Source: Chromera velia (lineage: Eukaryota). From it: a stretch of 47,315 nt of DNA. The translations under genes and the position numbers were made by a program. Below are positions 35,433-44,376 of this stretch, piece by piece. Location of the stretch: positions 1 through 47,315 of the forward strand of contig JAHBMJ010000471.1 of assembly GCA_018398765.1 (NCBI GenBank), given 5' to 3'. How positions within the stretch are numbered: position 1 is the first letter of the stretch; each line of letters starts with the position of its first letter. The notes under the pieces are model-generated. The model saw nothing but the letters and a program-made list of their open reading frames with translations. It did not search any database and was not told the origin of the DNA.

Positions 35433-36206
35433 CTACTTTTTGTGTGCTTCAATTGCAATGGCTTCTCGAATCGCTTCGAGGACTTGCAACCCTGTAGTCC
35501 ATTCGCGCACTTCTGCACTCACAGGGGTCTGTTCCTTCTCCCGCTCGATTCTCTTCACGAGGCCACGAGCTGAGGGCACTGAAGGGTCGTTTCGGACTAG
35601 CAGCAGGTCAGAGGGACGAAGGCGCACTGCTGCACAGAAGTCACCCCCGCCGTCACCGATGTAAACAATCCTTGCAGACTCTGGGCCAAGAATGCCCATG
35701 TCTCTCTCCAAAACCCGACCCTTACAAAGGTTGGGAGGACAGAGCGAACAGCCATGAGGTTCCTCTTGCGGGTGGTAGGGCCGAACACGCAGGATTCCCT
35801 TCTCGGGACAGGTCCAGCTCGCGTTGGTTTTCACGCTCTTTATGTACTGTCCCAACCCTTTCTTATCGAGAAAGGCTTGGATGAAAAATTCACTGGCGTC
35901 CGACACAATATGAACCTCTGCGAGGCCGCTCTCCGCAGCCTCTTTGACCGCAGCAACCATACCTGCCAGCACAGGCACATGTGCCAGGCACTCCCGTATT
36001 TGATCAGTGCTGACGGAAAAGTTCGTTTGCATCTGAACAAGCGCTTGGTCGATGATCGAGGTCCAACTGTCGGGTTCTGTGTTGGCCTTCTGCGAGATGA
36101 ATTTGAGCACCTCGGGTGCCAATTGCTCAAAGACATGGATGTCGCTGTTAGTGTTGATCAGACTCCAGTCATAGTCAAACACGATGACAAGCTTTGATGA
36201 AGTCAT
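35433..36206 (-). CDS. HAD-superfamily phosphatase, PHOSPHO1/PHOSPHO2 (phosphoethanolamine/phosphocholine/pyridoxal-phosphate phosphatase) family, 257 aa
   Basis: Motif I VIVFDYDWSLI, motif II IVSDASEFFI, the family segment RVRPYH..HGCSLCPPNLCKG (motif III Lys) and motif IV VYIGDGGGDFC are present. The ATG at 36206 (MTSSKLVIVFD) is the likely start rather than the non-ATG start at 36365. Intronless. Confidence 0.92.
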   Translation of the reverse strand: MTSSKLVIVFDYDWSLINTNSDIHVFEQLAPEVLKFISQKANTEPDSWTSIIDQALVQMQTNFSVSTDQIRECLAHVPVLAGMVAAVKEAAESGLAEVHIVSDASEFFIQAFLDKKGLGQYIKSVKTNASWTCPEKGILRVRPYHPQEEPHGCSLCPPNLCKGRVLERDMGILGPESARIVYIGDGGGDFCAAVRLRPSDLLLVRNDPSVPSARGLVKRIEREKEQTPVSAEVREWTTGLQVLEAIREAIAIEAHKK

Positions 36207-36868
36207 GATCGTATGGTTCTGAGGACGGCAGGTATTTGTGCGCGTTGAATTAAGTACGTTGGTATATATGTGTCGACACGAAAGCAAAGTTTCTCTCTGT
36301 CGACGAAGAAGGGATGCACTGTTTCCTCGACCACTTCGGACTTTGCCTACAATTAGTGGAACCAATCCGGGTCTGCTTTACCCAGTTTCGAAGAGACAGA
36401 AGCGAGGCCCGCGCAGAAAGGGGCGTCACGCAGAGAATGACTCACATGCAGTTTTGGTGATGTCAGCGCCCTGAAAAAGGGTCAAGCAACTCTTGTAGAC
36501 GGATTATATCGACGGCTGCAGCTTCTAGGCATGTGCCGACATTACCATATGGACGGGCCTCACGTATGACGGGTCAGAAGAGTGACTCTGGAGAAGCTCT
36601 TGAGGTCTGATGTACGCACAGCAGAAACCCGGTTAATTTCTTGGATCATATATATTATATATATGTTGCAGTAGCATTGCAGTAGCGTAGCACACGCATG
36701 TGTTGCACACATGCATGCATATGCAGTTAGACATCTGTGAGGCTTTATAGGCGCCGGGGTGACGTACTGCATGGGCCGAGCCAGGTGTTCGGTCCCGGCC
36801 TACTGTACGTAACCCTACAGTGTGACTGACACACGCCATCGCACGCCACGTGCATGCAGGTACGCGCC

Positions 36869-37092
36869 CATTCAAACTCTAGCTTGTCACTGCTTGCGCC
36901 TTATACTTTTCTGTATAGTCTAAGGGTCCCGCTAGAAGCCTCGAACGTAGGATTTACGCCTTGGCGGAGGGTGACTCCGACAAGTCGTGAAGGCGGTTCC
37001 GGTCGTAAAGTTGCTCTACACTTGCTGATACTCTGTATAGAGCTGGTTACTTTTTACGTCCAGCCGCCTACGGAGATCCCACGCGGCTCCCA
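36869..37092 (+). repeat. Repeat B copy 1 (224 bp direct repeat)
   Basis: CATTCAAACTCTAGC...CACGCGGCTCCCA is near-identical to 37759-37982 (4 substitutions seen, all transitions). Confidence 0.95.
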
Positions 37093-37267
37093 CTCCGCGT
37101 CTTTTGGAATCCCCGGTTCATACTTCTCTGCCCGCTAACGTTAAACGTCACCTTTCACAACCAGGATGGAATAGTCCTTCCCTGAGTACCAGGTTCACTA
37201 CCCGAGTGATTGCTCTTATCAGGTGTGCGATTCAAAGAGCGTATGTCAGATACGGTGGGAGGGTGGG

Positions 37268-37761
37268 TTCCATTTCGGTTTTCGAAACTGTCATTCTAGA
37301 TTCAATCCCTTGAGTCTTTATTTCCTTCTTACTTATTCCGATAGTGAATCTTCTATTTTGATTTGATCTTTTCTTGACCGCGCGCAGCGCTGCCGTTTGA
37401 ACGCGCAGCATCCGGTCCAAGTGTTCCCTTTGCTTTTCATGCATCGATCACTGAAATTGTTAACACTTTGCATGCCCCATGATGGGGATCGATTTATATA
37501 AAGACGTGTGCAGGTCACCTGCGGTCTGAGGATCCGTCAACCATCTTGGCTTCAAAGATCAATTAATCGAGCCTCACCGAAACAGATCTTCCGTTTCGGT
37601 TTTCGAAACTGTCATTCCAGATTCAATCCCTTGAGTCTTTATTTCCTTCTTACTTATTCCGATAGTGAATCTTCTATTTTGATTTGATCTTTTCTTGACC
37701 GCGCGCAGCGCTGCCGTTTGAACGCGCAGCATCCGGTCCAAGTGTTCCCTTTGCTTTTCAT
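37268..37761 (+). repeat. Repeat A, ~1.5 head-to-tail copies of a 321-bp unit
   Basis: 37268-37440 recurs at 37589-37761 (offset 321). The whole tract matches the solo unit at 42385-42703 in permuted order. Confidence 0.95.
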
Positions 37762-37982
37762 TCAAACTCTAGCTTGTCACTGCTTGCGCCTTATACTTTT
37801 TTGTATAGTCTAAGGGTCCCGCTAGAAGCCTCGAACGTAGGATTTACGCCTTGGCGGAGGGTGACTCCGACAAGTTGTGAAGGCGGTTCCGGTCGTAAAG
37901 TTGCTCTACACTTGCTGATACTCTGCATAGAGCTGGTTACTTTTTACGTCCGGCCGCCTACGGAGATCCCACGCGGCTCCCA
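37759..37982 (+). repeat. Repeat B copy 2 (224 bp direct repeat)
   Basis: Matches 36869-37092 at offset 890. It joins repeat A through a shared CAT (37759-37761). Confidence 0.95.
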
Positions 37983-39379
37983 ATCTGAAGCGGGTCCCCA
38001 ATCTGTAATACATAAAACAGTGGCGTGCTTATAGGTATTTATAAAGGGCTCTTGGCGCTTTATTTGAATTGCATACTATAAGCTGGCTCTGTTTGTGTGT
38101 AGTATATATATGGTCTCTGCATGGGGGTATTTACAAGTGTGCGGTACGTTTGTCTGTATTACATATACTAAAATGGATAGATCAAACCTATCTAGGCTGC
38201 TCAAGAAAGGCTTGATGCGTTTAAACGCTTTCTGTCGGAGCTACTTATGAGACATTTGGCTATTAGTGCAACTACATTTGGCACTTTGGCAGGAAACTAC
38301 TAACTAGTCCTGCGGACATAATACATGGATCGATTTCACCAGAGACTTCAATCTTTGCTCAGTTCGCTGAGATCTATACATATCGAACAGTGATGAACAC
38401 CGTAAATTGTTATAATAAAACAGTCATGATCAGTTCGCATTAATAAATCAATCTGATAATCAATCAATCAATTGATTTTAAATTCCAGTGATTACAACTT
38501 TAGACTTTAGTATAGTCTAATTTCACTTTAAATTAAATATCTAATTTATTTACAGTAAGTTTAACTATATGCTTAGCTTATATAATTGTTTGAGTTTATT
38601 TTAATTCTCATTCTTTTAATTTCTTTAGAATCTGGTAATAAATTCAAGAATATTCAAGAAGGATGAGGAAACACACTCTGTGTGTCAGGTTGTGCGATAT
38701 GCAAGTTCTTGACTGGCTTTATATGATCATCGGTCCCGGTTTGGCTGCAGCCTCGCGTAGCCAATAGTAGCAAACCATTTGTTTCTCGTCTGACTCATGT
38801 TTACTATGTTTCTCTCTGGTTTTCCATTCTTTTTCTCTCTGTATGTGTGTAGAAGTATGTTTCCTCCAGTTTGTCTATCTTTTTCTCTTCTTTTCTCATC
38901 CTGTTTTCAGACAGAACCAGAGAACGAAGGTGGATAATAGAGAGACCGATCGATCATCTCTAACGCACATCCCTCCGGGAAGTCCGCTTTCTTGTAATTT
39001 CTTTTTCGTCTGTCTGGTCAGGCTCAGTTCGCAGCATCATGCAGAAAGTCAATCTGCGTGTTATTCATGAACGCACACAACACACAGCATTTGTCAATGA
39101 GCGCTGACGATCTCTTGTCGTTGCGCGCTCGTTTCCAAATCTTCTTTCAATTGCCCTCTTCACAACCCAGACACACACAGGGAGAGGCAGCAAATTTTGA
39201 ATAAAGCAAAAGGCAAAATTTGAATAAATAATACATATGCTGAGCAGCTCTTTAACCCATCCCTTCCTTTTGAGTCGGCGCCCCGGCGATTTGTATCGCG
39301 AGCCAGACAAATTGACCCAACTGGGAACTCTGTACACCGTATGCTGGTGGAGCGCATCTCCGATCGACGTCCACACAGC

Positions 39380-39540
39380 ACATCCATTCAATCACTCTTC
39401 CATTCATTCATTGACTCATTCATTCATTCATTCATTCCTTTTTCATTCATTCACTTTTTCGTCCATCCATTCATTCCATCCTCCAGTCATTCGTATATTC
39501 ACTTGTCCATTCAATCTTTTCTTATGAATTCATTCGTTTG
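39380..39540. repeat. Degenerate (CATT)n microsatellite
   Basis: Directly visible CATT/CACT/CATC array. Confidence 0.85.
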
Positions 39541-39832
39541 ATTATTGCCAAAACGGTTGAGAAGGGGGACATTGGATCGATGGAACAGAAAAGAATCATG
39601 GGAGTTAGACATGTTCATGCCCTGGTCTCCAGGGGAGCTGTCTCAGCCTGCTCTGTCAGGCCTCCTATTCATTCCTTCTCTCCCCCCCTTCCTTGCTTGC
39701 ATGTCAGGTAGAAAGGAGCAGGGCGTAGCGACACAGGAAGAGAGGGAACATGGCAGGTGAATCAGATCGACACACAGCGTTTGAGGAGGATCAGAAAGAG
39801 ATGCAGAAAGGGACAGAGAGATCTTTTGGGCC

Positions 39833-41814
39833 TACTTGTTTGGCGCTCGAATCCCGGCCTCCGTCCCTTCTGTCATCCTTCTCCCCTGATCTGGCGTCAC
39901 CCTAACACCCCCTTCTTTCCCTTTCCTTGCACCACGCTGCACTGGACCCTTTCCTCACCCATGCATCCCTCCCCCGTTCGGAGGGGCTCTCGAGTCAGTG
40001 TCGCCCCTCGCAGGAGAGACTTTCCCCCCCTCTTGACCATGCAGGGAGGGCGCGACCGACGCTCTCCGGATGCTCTGTGCGGTGGCGTGCACTGCCTTGC
40101 AGATGTGTCCGTTCGCCTTATGGCGAAGGGGCGGGTCCATGCTTTGACACACAGGCTGCGTGCACAGCAGGGGCATGTCATCCTTTGGACACTGGGCAGT
40201 TGAGTGCTTGTCTTCCAGGGCTCTGGGCAGGTTGAACTTTAGTGCGTGATTATCACACCAGAGACACTAGAGCGTGGGTCGTCTGCTGCTGCTGCTGGCT
40301 CCGAAGTCGTGTTGCACCCCTCTGCTTCCTCCTGCCTGCCTGTCCTTTTGACCCCCTTTCTCTGTGCCTGCTTGTGAAGGAGGCGGCAAAGCGGGATTGG
40401 CTGAGGGGGTTCTCCCTCCCTTGATGTACTCTGAGACCATGTCGGCAAGGGAAAAGAGGGCGATGTGCAACATATCGGGAGAGAACTGCATAGAGGCGGC
40501 ACCCAGCTTCCCCCTTGCGAGAAGTTTCATCCTGTCTGCTACTGCTGAGCGGACGAGAATCGAGGAGGCTGAGCAACTGTCGTTGATTCGCAAATCTGCT
40601 GCCTCATAGGCAGTGAGACGGCGGAGCACGAGAGAAAGGTTTCTCACGTCTTCGGCTGCTTTGCGCATCGCTGTCACTGCGAGCTCTCTCTCTGCCTTCA
40701 TCACCGCCTCTCTGTGGTCTCGGTGGGCCTGCTTCAGGGATTCGACTGCATCTGCCAGCGCTTTTCTCAACACCCTCACCCACCACTCAATCTTCGGAGG
40801 GTCAGTGTCGGGTAGGGGAACCTGGTGTCGTGCTGCTACTTTTTGGGGAGTTCCGTCTTCGATGAACCGCTTGGCTTGGTGCTGTGTGATGTCCTCTTTG
40901 AAGGGATCGGAGAGCTCTGATGCTTTCAGAGCGACAATGTCGGGGTGACACGTGCCCTTCTTTGCTGGGGGCTTCGTGAGGATCGCCCCGACTGCTGGCA
41001 CACCCAAGACTATGTAGGGAACGATGGCTCTCAGTTCTCCTGCTTCTGCTGCTATGGCTTCGTTGAGCTCTGTGCTCTCCTGGGGGGGGATCACCGGAAT
41101 GGGGTCATCTTCATTATCCTCGTATTCGTCTTCTTCTCCGCACAGAGTTCAGAACACCTGGACGGCATTCTGTTTGCTCATACCCTGTGTCCATTCAGGC
41201 AGCTGGCCAGCCTGGACCCCCGAGGCATGTCTCTTCGCTCTTCCCCCCTCTTCGTTGGGGACAGGTGCGCGGAAACGCTTCAGTGGGCTTTTGGGCAGTG
41301 GCTGCTGCTGTGTGGGATCATCGTGGGGGGGAGGCTCGTGGATGCCTCCTCCGAGGAGCCCCGTATCGTTCACTTGGACTTCGCCATCAGCGTTGACGGC
41401 TGCTGCTACTGCTCCCGACTGTCCTTTCTTTGTCTCTTTCATGTCCTCCTTCAATTTCAGAAGTTGGGGCAGGAAGGCAACCATTGCATTCCCCTTCTTA
41501 GAACGGAGGGCCTTCCCTGCTGCTTTGTCCTTCTCCTCTGCTGCTTTTGTCAAGAAACTCCAGAAGGCAGCTTCCTCTGGGGACTCTTCGTCTCCTCCAT
41601 CCTCCCCTCCCTCGTCTAACTCTTCTTCGTTCATTGTCTCCTGTTCTTTCTCCGCAGCTTCGAGCTACTCCTTCAACTTCTTCACCTTGGCTGCAGCCGC
41701 TTTGGCTTGCGCAGCGGTTGTCGTCTTTTTCTTCTGCTCAGCTGGTGGGGGTGGTGCGGCTTTGGGAGCACTCTCCCCCGCCTTCTTCTTGATGGCCTTC
41801 TGCTTTGGGGCCAT
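39833..41814 (-). pseudogene. Stop-interrupted Gag/ORF1-like reading frame (~620-660 codons) with C-terminal Cys/His knuckles
   Basis: The ATG at 41814 (MAPKQKAIKKKAGESAPK...) and the listed ORFs 41149-41634, 40267-41094 and 39955-40176 are all in one frame. They are separated only by single stops (TAG 41665-41667, TGA 41149-41151, TAG 40267-40269, TGA 39955-39957). Order: basic N-terminus, acidic tract, helical core, CLWC-x16-H-x4-C, C-x4-C-x8-H-x6-C, then a Gly/Arg tail. The Gag label is inferred from architecture. Confidence 0.65.
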
Positions 41815-42384
41815 GGCGTTCCAATGCGTTCCAGACCTGTTTGTGGAGGAACAAGCAAAGGGGAAGAGAATTGGAGTGCAGGACTTAACGTTTCTATGCT
41901 AAAGAGAAATTTTGAGGTGACAATGCTGCCTCTTTTGATTTGTTTCTGCTGTGCTCTCTGAGCAACCGCTTCTGTCTCTTTTCGTATCCGTCTCGTTCTG
42001 GCGGTTGTTTCGCTATTCATGGTCTTATCTTGACCAACTTTTGTTCTTTCGAAGCTTGCCGACCTGTGTCTGTCTCTGTCTTTCAGACTGCGTCCCGCCG
42101 TCCCGGCAGATCGGCCCCCTCTGTTGTCTCTGTACACTGCGCTCAGAAAGAAGAAGACGAGGGCAGTGAGATTTTTGCGCTCAGGAGGTGGCTGGATCTG
42201 ATGTTAATTTCTCTACTGGGTGGCGCTTGGCGCACCTGAGTGGATTACTGACCGTCAGCTCGGCTCTGCTGAAGTGACTTATGCTCTGCACAAGGTCTCT
42301 TTTTTTATGAGTGGAGGAGATTGGGATCTTCCCAAATCGACTCAGGGAGGGGTCGTCTCGACCTCAGTATCTCAATTTTTTGAC

Positions 42385-42703
42385 AAAGACGTGTGCAGGT
42401 CACCTGCCGTCTGAGGATCCGTCAACCATCTTGGCTTCAGAGATCAATTAATCGAGCCTCACCGAAACAGATCTTCTATTTCGGTTTTTGAAACTGTCAT
42501 TCCAGATTCAATCCTTGAGTCTTTATTTCCTTCTTACTTATTCCGATAGTGGAATCTTCTATTTTGATTTGATCTTTTCTTGACCGCGCGCAGCGCTGCC
42601 GTTTGAACGCGCAGGATCCGGTCCAAGTGTTCCCTTTGCTTTTCATGCATCGATCACTGAAATTGTTGACACTTTGCATGCCCCATGATGGGGATCGATT
42701 TAT
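42385..42703 (+). repeat. Repeat A, solo full-length unit (~319 bp)
   Basis: AAAGACGTGTGCAGGTCACC...GGGGATCGATTTAT equals 37500-37761 followed by 37441-37497, with a few substitutions and 1-bp indels. Confidence 0.95.
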
Positions 42704-43129
42704 CCAAGATTTTCCAAGCAACACTTGACTGCGCGTTCGCAGCGTTGTGGCAGTACTGCAGTATATAAAGGACATCCACTTTTTTGGAAAACGAAAACAA
42801 GTCATTCAGAATTGTCGATGTAGTTCACGCAATACACGGATGATTCGAATGGAGTCCAAATAAATGAGATTCAGAGATATTGAGAGCTGAAGAGCCTAAT
42901 CGCTCTGTTGCCGCAACGCCTGAAGACCAACGATGGAATAAGGAGCAGAACAGCGGACTCACAAATGTTTCACGTAAGTTGATGGTCAGTATACTTCATG
43001 CTGCCGTTACGCCAGCCCTCTCAGCAAAAGTGGTAGACAGAGCAGCTTATGAATATGTTTTACGACCTCTGTTTCCATTTTGTTGCAGCGATCTCCGGAA
43101 CCACAGGATCGGGAAGGGCTTCCCTCAAA

Positions 43130-43600
43130 CCTTCAGTCAACCAGGCAGTCAATCGGTGGTCCAGGAGCCCTTCGAGGGAGACGAAGAGAATGTGCCAAGC
43201 CAAGGCGACAAGCAGCTGCAGCAGAAGATTGCCAACTTGCAGCAGCAGCTGGCTCAGATCGACGCAAAATGATCTGGCACAGGCACAGGCACATCTGGAG
43301 ACGGCACAACAGCAAGCACAGCCTGCAGCAACGGGTGAGCGGCCGCGGCGGCCCAAGAACAAGCGCAGCATCCTGCCCGGCAACAAGCCCAACAACACGC
43401 ACAGCAACAGGCCCAGCAGGACGTCCAGCAACAGCAGCAGCAAAATCCCAATGCAGTCTTCGTATCATTGACAGGACGTACCAATCAGCTGTTGGTCGAG
43501 AAGGAGAGGGAGATGGACAGGCTGACTACCTCTCTTGAAGGAGGGAAGCGCAAGGCTGAAGCAAAAAGAAGGAGGCAATGTCGAAGGTCACCACACGGGT
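43130..43600 (+). pseudogene. Frameshifted remnant of a Gln-rich coiled-coil coding sequence
   Basis: Coding-like pieces sit in successive different frames: DKQLQQKIANLQQQLAQIDAK, NDLAQAQAHLETAQQQAQ, and QQAQQHAQQQAQQDVQQQQQQNPNAVFVSLTGRTNQLLVEKEREMDRLTT. Confidence 0.45.
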
Positions 43601-43858
43601 TCCCACTTCAAACCTATCGAAAGTCGCCCCAAACGGCCTTTTTTCCACTTCAAACCTGAAATCTGCAATGATGCCATTGAATTCAGGGGCTGTCGATTAT
43701 CTTTCGTTCGTTCCTCTCGTTCGTTCTTTCGTTCCCCGCTCTGTGATGCTTGCATCTTCTTCTCATTACAAAACAGCATTGCGCAGAACCTCCGCACCAG
43801 TTCTTGCAGTTCTGTTGCGTTCTTTTATTGCTTGTTCCCCTTTACTTCACACCTGCAG

Positions 43859-44159
43859 GTTGAGTACTCCCAGACGAGCGAGTTGAGCGTGCAGGAGGAC
43901 GCCCCGCCTGGATATGTGGTCCTTGCGACTGTGTCCAACATGATGTACCCTGTTGACCTTCAGCTTCTGCATTCCCTCTTCGTCAAGTACGGCAACATCT
44001 TCAGGATGGCCACCTTCAACCGCACAGTGAAGAAGGACGGGAAGGATCAACAGGCTCTTCAGTGCCTGATTGAATTCGAGAAGGAGCCCGAGGCCACTGC
44101 CGCAATGCAGGCCCTCAACGGCATGCAGGTGCATCTATGCGGGGTGCAACGAGCTCGAG
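43859..44159 (+). pseudogene. PTB/hnRNP-L-type RRM exon with an apparent 4-bp frameshift
   Basis: Acceptor CCTGCAG|GTT at 43858/43859. VVLATVSNMMYPVDLQLLHSLFVKYGNIFRMATF...ALQCLIEFE...ATAAMQALNG matches PTB/hnRNP-L RRM2. The expected continuation IYAGCNELE is in another frame and is restored by removing ATGC from GGCATGCAGG (~44123-44126). Donor GAG|GTCTGT at 44159/44160. Confidence 0.7.
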
Positions 44160-44314
44160 GTCTGTCGGTCTGTCTGTGTTTTCTTCGGCAGCCCTTCCTG
44201 TGCGGGTGCAGAGGTCAACAGGGATATCAGCAATGTCTTGCAGTGTCTCTCGTGATCTGTCTCTCTCCATTTGCGCCTTCGTTAGAGAGAAACGAAACGC
44301 AGGCAGTCTGTCTC

Positions 44315-44316
44315 CG

Positions 44317-44347
<31 letters not shown>

Positions 44348-44376
44348 CTGCCTGCCTGCCTGCCTGCCTGCCTGCC
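44315..44376. repeat. (GCGT)n(GCCT)n compound microsatellite
   Basis: Directly visible. Confidence 0.9.

Larger units (their letters stand above)
36869..42703 (-). mobile_element. Candidate non-autonomous retroelement with split direct repeats (A-gag-like-B-A-B)
   Basis: On the minus strand the order is A (42703-42385), Gag-like pseudogene, B (37982-37759), A-derived (37761-37268), 175-bp spacer, B (37092-36869). No TSD was seen, and no RT or recombinase was seen. Confidence 0.4.

Noticed and set aside
36207..36365. N-terminal extension of the phosphatase in the 310-aa ORF
   Set aside because: It starts at a non-ATG codon, and HAD motif I normally lies close to the N-terminus, matching the ATG at 36206.
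37520..37615. Hammerhead ribozyme suggested by CTGAGGA followed by GAAAC in repeat A
   Set aside because: I could not form stem II after CTGAGGA or a stem I partner by eye, and the GAAAC is tied up in a separate hairpin. Unsupported without a covariance-model search.
36869..37982. B repeats as LTRs of a TRIM/LTR element
   Set aside because: No TG...CA termini, no TSD, and no evident PBS or polypurine tract.
37232..38034. Short duplicated ORFs (EKQREHLDRMLRVQ..., SLLAPYTFLYSL...) as genes
   Set aside because: They are by-products of the DNA repeats; the frames are broken between copies and show no recognisable motifs.
39833..41814. Stop-codon reassignment or readthrough to explain the in-frame stops
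   Set aside because: Neighbouring intact genes end in TAG and TGA and have no internal stops, so pseudogenisation is simpler.
40945..41902. Long antisense ORFs here and opposite other exons (e.g. 1318-2253, 6273-6740, 30767-31444)
   Set aside because: Shadow ORFs from GC-rich, codon-biased coding sequence on the other strand.
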